Notes under the pieces: generated by a model | Database searches by the model: none | Told to the model about the DNA's origin: nothing | What the model saw: the letters and a program-made list of their open reading frames with translations, nothing else | Made by a program: the position numbers and the translations under genes | Assembly (NCBI GenBank): GCA_013239625.1 | Contig: MU054187.1 | Coordinates: forward strand, 20,835,280-20,899,279 | Origin: Lama guanicoe | Lineage: Eukaryota | DNA: 64,000 nt | Reading direction: 5' to 3' | Shown here: positions 25,480 to 38,779 of the stretch, one piece after another | How the letters are laid out: each line of letters opens with the position of its first letter | Numbering within the stretch: position 1 is the first letter of the stretch

Positions 25480-26000
25480 ATAATATGCCTGTCATCTTGT
25501 TAAACAGTTACCACTAATTAACTCAATAAAGTGTCTTAAAAACTCTATAATGCACATATTACTGTAATCTTTATATTACAGAGGAAATACATCAGTGGTT
25601 GTCAAACTTAAGAAATGTGGCCACTTAGTAAATTGCACACAACCAGGAAGTGGCACGTAATTAGAAAGTAGCAGAACTGGAGTGAAACGCAGTCTTCCTG
25701 CTGCTGCCAAACACCATGCCACCCGTTAAGTGCCACATGGACAACAGGGATGCCTGTTCATCCCACTGCTGTCTACACAGCACTAGCAACATGCCTGACA
25801 CAAACTAGGTAATCCATGGTAGGGAATCAGTAGACATTTATTAAATGAACTAGGCAGTTAAAGTCACTTAACCACTCTGATCTTCAGTTCCCTCATATAG
25901 TAAACAAGAATTATAGAAATCTTGCAAGAATATTAAGATCAGACATAATACATGAATAAATTTTTTCATATATCAGGTATCCAATTAATGGTGATTGTAA
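25480..26000. mobile_element. Cluster: MIR (minus), L2 tail (plus), MIR (plus)
   Basis: MIR cores (ttacagaggaaa; cacttaaccactctgatcttcagttccctcat) and an L2 tail (cagcactagcaacatgcctgacaca). Confidence 0.6.
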
Positions 26001-26944
26001 TTATTACACGTATTAAAAAAAAAAACTGGCAGTTGATTCACTCTGTTCTGATCTTTAATGACCCAGTTTGCTTCCAGGGATGTGTAATGGTAAACATATT
26101 AGATAAACACAGAGGGACTCTTTTTATGCAAGAAGAGGTGGCAGAGAAATGTTAAAGCCACATGTTGCTGCATTAAAAAATCTTTATAATTGACAGAGGA
26201 AGTAAGCATAGAATGGATTAGATTTTATTGTCCTTGTTTGTTTTATTCTTCATAATGAGTGAAGATCCTTTAAATAGCATTCAGGTCAGAAATTGTCTCC
26301 TCTGCAACAAGTGACAAATAATTTAGCCCTTACACAATGGGTGAAGCCTAGAGATGAATATATTCCCAAACAGCTGCAGCCCATGTAATTAAAATGCACA
26401 TGGCAATTGACAGCCTGCATCTTCCTAATCTAGCATTTTCATGGATCTGTTTGTCAAAAGCAAACAGAAATAATAAACCATTACTAAACAAATACACTGA
26501 TGACTGCTCGAAATCCACATTTCTCAATATTGAGCAATTACAGCTGGAGACACTGAGAACTCCCCTAGGTAATCTATCAAATCTGAAGTCAGGAGAGGAC
26601 CATTCCAAGATGAAGGGACACAAGTCAACATGGGATATGGGGAAGGACAAGGATGAGACAGAACCACCATGATAAGGAAGAACAGGATCCAAATGGAAGC
26701 AGGAGAGAGACAGTCCTCCTGTCCTTTCTGGATAAGGGCTCGACTAGGTGCCTAGTGGGAAAGAATCAGATTAATACCAAACAAAAAGCCTTTGGAATTA
26801 TTTATAAAGCTACGATTTCATGTTTACCTTATTGCGGCTCATCCAATAGTGAGAGCTCATTACTTATCAAAAAAGTATATTTTTTTGTCCTTATGGAGAC
26901 ATATGTAATGGTCCTTTCAAGAGATTTTCTAACAATAAGTACCT

Positions 26945-27195
26945 GATGTTGATGGGTACAAATGTCAATTGCCACTAAACTTCTAGGTGAGTTCTAGAAA
27001 TTCAGTATACAACATGGTGACTATAGCTACTAATTACTGTACCATATATTAGAAATTTGCCAAGAGAGTAGATCTCAGATGCTTGACTGTAGTAATCATT
27101 TCACTATGTATGCGTGCATCACGAGAACACATTGTACACCTTAAATATACATACATATATATAACTTTTGTTCTAAAAAATAAACATTAAAAAAA
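26945..27195 (+). mobile_element. L1MA-type 3' end
   Basis: tacaacatggtgactatagc...atttgccaagagagtagatctc...ttgtacaccttaaatatac, then AATAAA and A tail. Confidence 0.85.
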
Positions 27196-27318
27196 GATTC
27201 TACTAAATATATGGAAATAGTATATTTAAAAAGCATCCCTGATGGATGGTGACTGAAAAGGCCCTTCTAAGTTGAGAGAGGACTTTCTTGGTAGATACAT
27301 GAAAGATTTTAGTAGTTT

Positions 27319-27498
27319 CTTTTTCAGTTATTATTGTTATTGTTGTTGTTATTATTATTATTACTATTTAGTTTTGTTGTAGGGGGAAGATAATTAGGCT
27401 TAATCTATTTAATTGTTTTTAATGGAGGTACTGGGGATTGAGCCCAGAATCTCATGCATGCTAAGCAAGCACTCGACCACTTAAGTTACACCTTCCCC
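27319..27498 (-). mobile_element. Vic-1-type camelid tRNA-derived SINE with (TTA/TTG)n tail
   Basis: Antisense of ggggaaggtgtaacttaagtggtcgagtgcttgcttagcatgcatgag...gggctcaatccccagtacctcc; homologous to the copy at 45756. Confidence 0.88.
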
Positions 27499-29254
27499 TC
27501 AGCAGTTTAAAATAAGAAGAAATAACAAAGGGTATAACTAACTCGTGCATGCAAGCAATATTTTGGATTATTCTTGGATACTTCTTTTTTAAATTATTCT
27601 CTTTCTGGTTCAGCAAACTATGAATCTACAGGATATATTCCTATAAAAATGAATACTTTAAAAATAAGGGAGAGATTTAGCAGTTCATTAGTATAACAGT
27701 GTACGTCCAGTTCTCCTTCACATAGCAGGTCTCATGGCTTATTGCTACTCCCATTTCTTGCTACAGATTTTATAACTATTTTGGGATATGGTCTTATTTC
27801 AGTCTGATTTAAACTCTGATTTAAACTCATTACAACATGCACTTGGTGGAAGAGAAATTATCTGTCATCTTACATTTGACAGGATGTTCTCCTGGGCTGT
27901 ATATTTTAGGTTCAAATATAGATTCTGCCTCCTTCTGTCGTTTTGCGTCTTGTCTAGTTGGAATGAGTAACTAGGTGGAGAATGCTGTATTTGTTTAGCT
28001 GTGTATCTATAAATATCACTAACCTAATATAGTCATTGATATACTTTCTTTATTTCAACATGTTAAGAGATCAATTTTCCCACTCTTTGTTACACTAGCT
28101 TCAGTTGGTGCCTAAATCTTAAATGCATATAAATGATTGTTTAGGAAGTGGAACCCAGACACTCCATATCGCTATGAAAGCTGAGACAGCTGTGTTTTGG
28201 GCTAGACTTTCCATGACTGATTCTGATATTTTTGTAAAAGCTTCTATTTTTGAATGCATCTTATGAAAGAATGATCATCACATGGCTAAGTGATGAAGTC
28301 ATTGCAAACTACAAGGTGGGAAGAAAAATTAATCTTTCCCCTGAAACCAATTCTACAAGTGTCCAACAGAATTATTAGCTATAAAATCAAATGTTATATC
28401 CTATTTTTTGGCTTTAGTACTAGTTTTTTCCTTAATTTTTCAGCATTGTTAAAATTTTATTTCTCTTCCAGTGGCATATCATTAATCTTCTTTTATAACA
28501 TTATTCCCTATTTTTAAATACTGAAATAAATTTCTGTAAAATTTACATCCTCTATGAACAAAACTTATGATCTATTTTATTCTACCACCAAGATGCCTTC
28601 TATTTTAATAATTACTGATTTCTGCTGTCAGATAGAAAAGTGTTATTTCTAATATTTTCTATGACAATGTCACAAAAAAGAAATTGATCCTAGTAGATTA
28701 ATTCAATTCATTCTAAAATGCGATTTAGATCATAATTATAAATTAATTTTTCAAAACTATTATTTAGCAAACTAACCAATTATATGAAATAGGAAATGTT
28801 CTAACTCTTAAAATTCCTGGGTATACATCTTTGGTGAAAATATCAAAATTCTTAAATGACAACATCAAATCCAGATCATTAGTTTCCAAGGGAAAATATT
28901 TACAAGACTATTTTAAGACTATTGCAAGAATTGAACAGTATCTAAACCAGGGCAAAATATTGCCAATATTTGTGGGTGTGTTTAAAAATATGTGCATATC
29001 TGTGAAACTAGATTTGCAATTCTGATTTTGTTTCCTAGCAGATAATGAGGAAGAAATCTTTGCAAAGCAGTCAGACCGCATTGTAGTGAGATAGGAAAAT
29101 GACATTGGCTCAAATATTCTGGGGAGAAAAAAATGTGAATAAATGTTTTAAAATACAGCTGGAAAGGAGAAATATAATAAAACACTGTAAGTCCTTCCTG
29201 GTAGATTCTGATTGAGTGGGAAGCTAATGACCTGGAGATATGCCTTTCACGAGA

Positions 29255-29371
29255 GCAAACAAATAATTATCAGCCAAGCTCACACAGTTTTGAGAATGAA
29301 AGTTCCCACACACTTCTGAGAACTTTTCATTCTCAAAAGTGTGTGAGCTTGGCTGATACTTATTTGTTTGC
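29255..29371. repeat. Near-perfect inverted repeat (arms 51/52 bp, 14-nt loop)
   Basis: Arm 29255-29305 versus the reverse complement of 29320-29371: 2 mismatches and 1 single-base indel. Confidence 0.97.
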
Positions 29372-29899
29372 AAGATATGCAAACACAGACTGTCTGCATC
29401 ACACCAGGTAAGCAGACCGCCATAACTAGATGGATGATTTGTAGGAATACCAGTGAAAAGCAACTATTAAGAGAGGCTAGACTGGCACTCTGTGAGGCCA
29501 ACTCAAGCGCATGCTGAGATTTGTGGACTACAGTCTGAAAAAAAATTTTTTAAGGAAGATTTCATCCCATTCCATGAATTAATCAAAAGATTTCACTCTG
29601 TTATAACTTAGAATACATCTACTGTTTTCAGTTACATGAAATGTAATTTCTGGATGTTTCCCCTCCATTTCCATTAAATGCTAAATGAGAAGCTAAGGAA
29701 GAAAATATGGCTGGAAGAGATATTCATAGGTTTGACTGTTAACATTACAATCAGAAAAAGGAGAAGCAACAGATTCATAAGGTGGTTATTGCAAAGGGGA
29801 CTCTGCCTTAGGAGGAATCCTGAGAGGGCTACAAAGGGCGATTTAGTCACTTTTCATCAAACGTATAATCTGAGATACTAAGAGGGTTAATATTTAGTA

Positions 29900-30150
29900 T
29901 TATTTATTATCGATATTGTTAACATTAGCTAACACAGAAAGTCTTTGGTAGGTACTTCTAAACACACGACATATATAACTTCTTTAAATCTGATAACAAC
30001 CTTACGAGGTAGATATGACTAATACCCCCATTTTGCAGATGAAGGAACAAGCACAGTGAGGGGATGCAGTTTACTCAAGGTCACACAACTAGGAGGTATG
30101 TGATTTGGGATTTGAACCTAAGCAATTTGGATCTTGAATGCTTGCAGTTA
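29900..30150 (-). mobile_element. MIR SINE
   Basis: ataacaaccttacgaggtagat...ccccattttgcagatgaagga...caaggtcacacaactag...gggatttgaaccta. Confidence 0.85.
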
Positions 30151-30999
30151 AATGTCAGACAACAGAATGATGGTCATAAAGACAGACTTGTCCAAAGATA
30201 GAATAAGCCTCTCCAGATGTAGAGAAATTCAAGTAAATAAGGACAGGTAGGAAGGGGTCTTTCAATTGATGGTTAGATGAGGCAGTATGTCTATGAGGCT
30301 TGTTCATGCCATCTAGGATTTTTAGAACTAGAAGACACATTGTCCAGCATTAATGTAAATATATTTATACATATATATGTAAAAGAGGAAAGTGGGTTCC
30401 AGAAAATATTAGATGTTCCTATACTTGTTTCTTCCTCTATGCTTGCATCAATTTAATTTGGAATTATTGAGTCATAGTGTATCTGCTGTTCAAATATAGG
30501 TGATAATGCCAAATTCTAGAGAACATTTAAGTTCTTCAGGCTCCAGCAATCCCAGAACCTTTTAATTCAGTCAAGGGTAGAGATAAGAAAAAGCTGAGTT
30601 TCAGTCCTTAAAAGAGATAATCTATTTCTGGTTCACTCTCACTTGCTTGGTTCTTTATGCTGCCACAGAAAACCTTGTTGTCTTACCAGGGTTCATCCTC
30701 CTTGGTTGACCCTAAATTAAAAGTCTTCCCACTGCCAGTCCATGTGTCAGTCAAAACCACTGCTCCGCCTCTGAGCCTGTCAGCCATATCTTTTGGACTT
30801 AGCAAATTACTACAAAGAAAAAAATTACTGCTTTCCCAATTGTTCCTTTCTCTCTGGGCTTATAGTGACTCACTTCCTTAGATCTTTTTTGTCTTTAGTC
30901 AGATTTATTTTTTAACATAATTTTCTTAAATTTCAGCAGGAAGTTTGGTCCGAACCAGCTGGTCTACCACTATGAAAGGTGGGACTTTTCAAGCAATCA

Positions 31000-32590
31000 G
31001 TATTCAATGGCAGCAGTAAGATAGAATATCAGAAAAATACAGCAGAAAAATCAAATCAATAAAAATGGAATTGACTGTATAAGGTGCTGCTTGTAGTCAT
31101 TTGCAAAGAAATCAAACCAAAATTACAAAAACACAAGCACAGAATGACTAAAGAAGATTCATTTGAATGAAAAAAATGGAGAGTCAAAACCATTTATCAA
31201 TATGCCAGAGTATCAGGCAGCTAGAAATGTATGCATAGCTAAAATTCAAGTAGAAACATACAACTGAAAAACATATTATTTTTATGGGCAGATAGAAATA
31301 GTTCTTCACACTCCAAGGTAAATCAACTAAAACAAATCTGCATCTATACACATTAATTAAAAGAAATATGCATCTATGCACTATTAGCATTGTTAATTAT
31401 AGTTTGCAAATCACAACAAATAGAGCCATATGTTTAAAATACAGTGCAATAAAACTTGAAATTAATGAAAGTTACTTCAAAATCCAGTATCTTTCTTTCA
31501 ATCAATGTAATAAGCATTTCTAATGTTAAAAAAAAATAGAAAAATGCAGTTAGTCATTAACTCAGTGGCATGTATGTAGTAGTTTATGGTATATAAACAA
31601 AGATAATTCAAAAGAAAATTTCCTGCTATGACATTATCATTGCTAATAGGGAATAATGAAAAGAAATTGTGCCTTTACTACAGGAAGACTATGTACGAGT
31701 AAATAAAAAGCTATTAATACAAATCAGTTAGAAAACAGGAAAGCAAGAGAAAGGGCTAAAATTATTTCAAACTCTGGTTCTTAAATACAATCACACATAC
31801 ACACACATACACACGGAGAGAAAGAGAGACAGAGAGAGAGATATACAGGATAATTTTTTCAAAGGAAAAAAGAAAAGTCACAATATATAAATCAGAAATG
31901 AGGAAGGCAATATATTCTCTGATATGGAGAAGATTTAAAATGACATAAAGGATTGAAATGTCTATTCTAATATAGTTTACATTCTCTACTTAGTAAATAT
32001 CTTTCTATGAATAGCAATTAATCTAATTTATTCAGAAGAAGGCAAGACCAACAAGCATAAAAAATAAAGAAATTAAACTTTTCTCTGTGAAAATCAGCAG
32101 GATTAGATGATTTTAAAGTGATTATTTTTCAAATTCTTCAAAGAAGTTAATTCTCATGCTACATAAACTAGTTCTTAGTACTAAGAAATGATAACATGTC
32201 AATAGATTAAATTCAGAAGATACAAAAACTGACCAAGTACAAAAAGACTACTATTTACCAATGTTACTTTCAAAATAAATGCAAAAATCTTAAAAGAAAA
32301 CATGAGTGAATTGATTTAGACATTGTATTTCATGAGTTGTAACATGGATGGTAATGTTGCAACAGGACATTTTGAATTCATTGTGTAGGAATACAATGCT
32401 AGTTTAACATTAGCAAATTTAATTTATAAATACTAAAAGTATATTAGTACAAAAACAATCATCTGAATCAAAATGCATTTTTTTATCTCAAAAAAGATAC
32501 TTCTAAACAACCCCATTAGGATGGCTACTGTTATTGAAATAACAAATGCTGACAAGGATGTGGAAAAATTAGACCACTTGTGCATTCCAC
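31000..32590 (+). mobile_element. Highly degraded L1M ORF2 remnants
   Basis: A-rich strand with ORF2-like tracts (acagtgcaataaaacttgaaattaat; aaatcagcaggattagatgattttaaagtga; ggaatacaatgctagtttaacattag). Confidence 0.6.
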
Positions 32591-34459
32591 TAAAAGACAC
32601 TCCTAATTACATAAGCAGAATCTTTAAAGAAACAACCTCTGTCCAAAGGAAATGCACATTCCTCAAACAGTACTCCTGATTTCAGAAGGAAAACTCTTTT
32701 GAAATCTCAATAACTATGGCACGAGGACTTCTGTGTCGATGAGGAAAGCCAAGTCATTGATTTAGCATGCTTTGTAAAATTGTAAAAGAGTAACAGGGCC
32801 ATTCTACAAAGTCAAAGAAAGGTGTGCGCTTTAATTTGGTGTATATCCACTCTGGATATACAATCTGTCGCTAGAGTGTGATGCTAACTCCCCTCCCTGT
32901 GTCTGAGCCTACCCTGTTCCCTAAAGACCCACTTCAGACTATGCCAATGTTTCTATAGTACTTTGGCTTTGGTCATAATATCAAGTATTTTTGTCAATTA
33001 GTACAATGAAAAGTCTTACTGTTCTTTAATATAATTTCACAGTATGGAGAATAACACCATTTTTGCTCACTACTGGATGCTACATTCTCATAAAAAAATT
33101 ATGCTGTTGCATTTGACACTTAGTCACTAATTAAAAAAGAATTGGCCAAGATATGGCCAGCCACTGGGACTAGGACCCATGTGGTGGTTAACTTCACTAA
33201 CTTTCCTTTCAGCAATAATGTTGTCTTAGGTGTTGGTGGCTATCATTCAATGGTCTATATCCATTTGTCATTCATTAGTTCAGCAAATATTTGTCGAGCA
33301 TGTAATGTAGTTTTCCTGTGCTTTGAGTTGAAAGATGACAAAAATCACTACTGTCAAGTCTCTCTTCATATATTGTAAGGTATATTTGTCCAGAATGTAA
33401 TTTGCTTGCTTTGATGTAGTTAAATACTTTGTGTCAAAAGTGGAGGTATATTTTTCAACATTTAGTGGTTCTCAGTTTTATCTTTCATATTATATAGATC
33501 TACTTCCACAAACTACTCTTGCTTTGGAACTAAAGAAAATAATGCATTTGAATGGCCGAGTCTCTCCTGGGTAATGCACTAAGTTACAGGAGGCACGAAC
33601 AGCCTTATTGGGTAACTAGTTCAAAAGCAGGATTCAATCTCTTACAAATTATATGAGTTGAAGTAAGTATATCAACTTTCCAAGTTTCTATCCCATTTTC
33701 ATGTCCATGTTTTCAACCTACAAAATTGTTTCAAAAACATTCCATATGCAATGGCTTTGGATATAGAAGGTCTGATAATAATAATAGTAGTAAAATATGA
33801 TAATTAAAGGACCATGTTTAATCTAAGATTCACTGCCTTTGCATTTTAATCTGGAGAAAACCTAATGCAAGTTTCAAGTTAAGCACACATTGTTCTCTTT
33901 CCTAGAATGCAACTGTATATTCTTAACTTTTTAAAGATTATGCGTCTATTCTGTGCTAATGTGTAGCCGACACACACAGAAAGTGATTATTTCTAAATCA
34001 AACATCAGAATAAAATAACCTTGAACTGGGGTTCTGTTCACCTTGAGTTATATGAACACTGAAAAACTTATACCCATATTTTTAGGAGTGAATGTACAAA
34101 TCTAGAGACATTTTTATTACAACTTCTGCACACCAATGCTCTTTATGGTTATAGTGTTAATGAGCTAATTGTCTTAACACTAAAAATCAGTCTATCAAAA
34201 ATTGTTATATAAATGAAATATGTTTGGTGGTGAGTGGCTTTAACACCCATACAAAATTAGCACCATAAGAAATCAAGAAGAAAAATGATTTTGTGAAAAG
34301 TAGAAATGCAAGTATATAATACTGGTAGGGGTCTCTTACCTAGAAAATATTACATATTATCATATCTGTAAAGGCAATTATTTTTATGACTTTTTCTCTA
34401 AGTTTAGTAATTCTTAACATTTGTTTCACATTCACTTTTGTTAAAGTATTGTATTTTAC

Positions 34460-35073
34460 ACTTTTTCTTATTTTTTTAATTACAGCAAAATAACATAAAA
34501 ATTACCATCTTAACCATTCTTAAGTTTACAGTTAGTTAGTGTTAAGTGCATTCACATTGTTATACAAACAATGTCCAGAACACTTTTCACCTTGCAAAAC
34601 TAAAACTCTATTAAAAAAAAACAGAAAATAGTAAGTGTTGGCCAGGATGTAGAGAAATTGGAACACTCATCCGTTGTTGACGGGAATGTAAAATGGTGCA
34701 GCCACTATCAAAAACTGTATGGGGATTCCTTCATAAATTAAAATATAATTACCATATGACCCAACAATTCCACTTCGGGTTATGTACCCAAAACAAGTGA
34801 AAGCAGAGTCTCAAAGAGACATTTGTACACCCATGTTCATGGCAATACTATTCACAATAGCCAAAAGGTAGAAGCAACTCAAGTGTCCAATGATGAATGA
34901 AGGAGTAAATTAAATGTGATATAGACATACAAGGGAATATTATTCAGCATTGAAAAGAAAGATTCTGATACATGTTGTAACGTAGGTGAATTTTAAAAAT
35001 ATTACACTAAGTGAAATAAGCCAGTCACAAGAAGATAAATATTGTGTGATTCCATTTATATGAGGTACCTACA
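34460..35073 (-). mobile_element. L1MB-type element with 5' inversion
   Basis: Antisense 3' terminus at 34460-34612, joined to a sense-oriented upstream segment 34613-35073 ending gaggtacctacag. Confidence 0.85.
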
Positions 35074-35378
35074 GAATTCCTTCATGCTGATATTATGCTA
35101 GGGATCTATAAAGAAGAATGACTTTGATCTCAAATAGATGCATCTAAATACAGTTGTGCCACTTGTTAGTACCTATATGAGTCCTGTCATGCTTGTTCTT
35201 CTCTTCTTTATAGTGGGAGTAATAATGCCTTTCTAGAATGGAGGTAATAAAACTACATTACAGGTGACAAGATCTTATACATAAAATTTCTTCAAGACAC
35301 ATTTAAAATTTGTAGAACTATAAACAAGTTTATCAGGGATGCAAGACACAAGATCAATATACAAAAATCAATTGTATT

Positions 35379-36627
35379 TTTTTTAGGGGGAGGTAATTAG
35401 GTTTATTTATTTATATTTTTTAAACATTTTTTATTGATTTATAATCATTTTACAATGTTGTGTCAAATTCAAGTGTTCAGCACAATTTTTCAGTCATACA
35501 TGGACATATACACACTCATTGTCACATTTTTTTCTCTGTGAGCTGCCATAACGTTTTGTGTATATTTCCCTGTGCTATACAGTATAATCTTGTTTATCTA
35601 TTCTACAATTTTGAAATCCCAGTCTATCCCTTCCCACCTTCCGCCCCACCGGCAACCACAAGTCTGTATTCTCTGTCTATGAGTCTATTTCTGTCCTGTA
35701 TTTATGCTTTGTTTTTGTTTGTTTGTTTGTTTCTTTCTTTCTTTTTTAGATTCCACATATGAGCAATCTCATATGGTATTTTTCTTTCTCTTTCTGGCTT
35801 ACTTCGCTTAGAATGACATTCTCCAGGAGCATTCATGTTGCTGCAAATGGCATTATGTTGTCGGGTTTTATGGCTGAGTAGTATTCCATTGTATAAATAT
35901 ACCACCTCTTCTTTATCCAGTCACCTGTTGATGGACATTTAGGCTGTTTCCATGTTTTGGCTACTGTAAATAATGCTGCTATGAACACTGGGGTGCAGGT
36001 GTCATCCTGAAGTAGGGTTCCTTCTGGATACAAGCCCAGGAGTGGGATTCCTGGGTCATACGCTAAGTCTATTCCTAGTCTTTTGAGGAATCTCCACACT
36101 GTTTTCCATAGTGGCTGCACCAAACTGCATTCCCACCAGCAGTGTAGGAGGGTTCCCGTTTCTCCACAGTCTCTCCAGCATTTGTCATTTGTGGATTTTT
36201 GAATGACGGCCATTCTGACTGGTGTGAGGTGATACCTCATTGTAGTTTTGATTTGCATTTCTCTGATAATTAGTGATATTGAGCATTTTTTCATGTGCCT
36301 TTTGATCATTTGTAAGGAAGAACTGCTTGTTTAGGTTCTGCCCATTTTTGGATTGGGTTGTTTATTTTTTTCTTATTGACTCATATGAGCTGCTTATATA
36401 TTCTGGAGATCAAGCCTTTGTCAGTTTCATTTGCAAAAATTTTCTCCCATTCCGTAGGTTGTCTTCTTGTTTTACTTCTGGTTTCCTTTGCTGTGCAGAA
36501 GCTTGTAAGTTTCACTAGGTCCCATTTGTTTATTCTTGCTTTTATTTCTACTAGGAGAAAATTTTTGAAATGTATGTCAGATAATGTTTTGCCTATGTTT
36601 TCCTCTAGGAGGTTTACTGTATCTTGT
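35379..36627 (-). mobile_element. Young 5'-truncated L1 with TSD
   Basis: ORF2 C-terminus and 3' UTR; TCAA(T/C)TGTATT at 35368-35378 and 36628-36638. Confidence 0.95.
35833..36309 (-). pseudogene. L1 ORF2p C-terminal fragment containing the CCHC zinc knuckle (non-functional)
   Basis: ORF track: [19 protein letters not shown]...[18 protein letters not shown]...WKQPKCPS...MEYYSAIK. Confidence 0.95.
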
Positions 36628-37080
36628 TCAACTGTATTCCTATATCAATGAACAATCAAAAATGAAATCAAGGAAAAATTCCACTTATTATGGTATCAGA
36701 AAATAAAATACTTAGGAATAAATTTAATACAAATGCAAAGGTTATAACCTGAAAACATTAAGACATTGCTGGAAGAAATTATGGAAGATGTAGATAAATG
36801 GAAAGCAAATTTATGTTCATGGATCACAAAATTTAATCTTGTTAAAACAGCAATATCCCCATCTCTATCAAAATCTCAGCAAGCTTTATTGCAGAAACTG
36901 ACAAGCTGATAACAAAACTCATACAGAAATGCAAAAAAAATTTTAAAAGACAAAGCAATATTGAAAAAGAATAAAGCTGAAGAACTCACACTTCCTAATA
37001 TGAAAACTTATAATAAAGTTACAGTAATCAAGTATGTGCAGTACCGGGATAAGGAGATGGATGATAGATACATACACAGG

Positions 37081-37088
37081 TAGGTAGG

Positions 37089-37135
<47 letters not shown>
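37081..37135. repeat. (TAGG)2(TAGA)11 tetranucleotide microsatellite
   Basis: Direct reading. Confidence 0.95.
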
Positions 37136-38779
37136 TTGATAAATGAAATAGAACTTGGGGCTCAGAAATAAACTCTTATATTAATGGTCAGTTGAATTTT
37201 AACAAGTGTCTTAAGACAAATGGTCTTTTCAACAAATGGTGCTAAGACAACTGAATATTCACATGCAAAATAATAAGCGTGGGCCCCCTCCTCCTGCCAT
37301 ACACAAAGTAAACTCAAAATGAATCATAAACCTAAGTATAAAAGCTAAAATTATAAAAGTCTTAGAAGAAAATATAGTAGGTACTTTTCAAGTGCGTAGG
37401 TTGGACAAAGCCTTCTTACATAACACCAAAAGCATAAGAGACAAAACAAAAAGTAGAAAAATTAGGCTTCATCAAAATCTAAAACTTTTTGCTTTGAAGG
37501 ATAGCATCAAAAAAAAAAAAGTGAAAAGACAACCCAGAAAAGTAGGAGAATATATTTGCAAATTATAGCTCTAATAAAAAACACTCATATTTATTATATG
37601 AGTTTATTATATATAAATAATTCTTCCAACTCAATAATAAAAAGACAGATAACCCAAATTAAAACTGGATGAAGGATCTGAGTAAACATTTCTCCAAAGA
37701 CAGACAAAGGACTAACAAGCACATAAAAGATGCTCAACAGCATTAATTATTAGGCACTTGGAAATGAAAACTATGCTAAGATACTGCTTCCTATCCATTG
37801 GGATTGCTATAAACAAAAAAGATAGTAACAAATGTTGGCAAGGATATAGAGAAATTAGGAAACTCATAGATTTCTCATAGGAATAGAAAAGGATACAACC
37901 ACTCTGGAAAGAAGTATCTGGCTGTTCCTCTAAAGTTCGAACATATATGAACAAACATTTGCACTCCTGGGTATATATATACCCAAAAGAAATAAAAACA
38001 AATTTGCATACCAAAGTACACAGCAGCAGTGTTCATAACAGTCAAAAAGTGGTGACAGACCAAACATCCATAGACTGAAGAATGGATTAATAAAATGTGT
38101 CATATGTATACAATGGAGGGTTGATGGCGCTTAGTGATTTAGTTCAAAAGAGTAGAGTATGGAAAAAGGAAAAAACTAAATAAATTCACTGCAGAGAAAC
38201 CTGGCAAATACTATCTTGGCCAGGTGACCAAGGTGGAAATTATCTTGATAACATGTACTGACTGTGACATTAAGAGAACACTTCACTTCTATGGTTTTCT
38301 TACTAAAAAACTGTAATTCCAGCCTAACCATAAGGAAAATATCAAACAAACTCAAATTGAGGGACATTGTACAAAATGCTTGTTCATTATGTGAAACTGT
38401 CAAGGTCATAAAAAACAAAGAAATTCTGAGAAACTGTCGCAGCCAAGAGGAGCCTAAGGAGACATGACAAGTAAATGTAATATGGTGCCCCAGGTGGAAT
38501 TCTGGAACAAAAAATTCTGTTAGGTAAGATAGAGGGAATCTGAACAGAATATGGACTTTAGCTAACAAAAATGTATCAATATTGGTTCATTAATGCTGAA
38601 AAATTGACTGTACTAATATGTTAAAAATATTGGAAATTACGCATGTTGTACTTAATTAAATCTCAATTTTTCCATAAATCTATAAAGTTCTAAAAAAAGT
38701 GTCTACTGAAAAAACCTACCTTATTTATAACTGAGAAAAAAACTTATCTAATAATAAGACCAACCAAAATTAAGCATGA

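Larger units (their letters stand above)
35300..38710 (+). mobile_element. L1MC-type LINE (ORF2 3' part plus 3' UTR), split by a younger L1 at 35379-36627
   Basis: caagatcaatatacaaaaatcaattgtatt resumes after 36628; L1MC-like 3' UTR at 38130-38710 (gagaaacctggcaaa, caaattgagggacatt, gcctaaggagacatgac). Confidence 0.85.
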
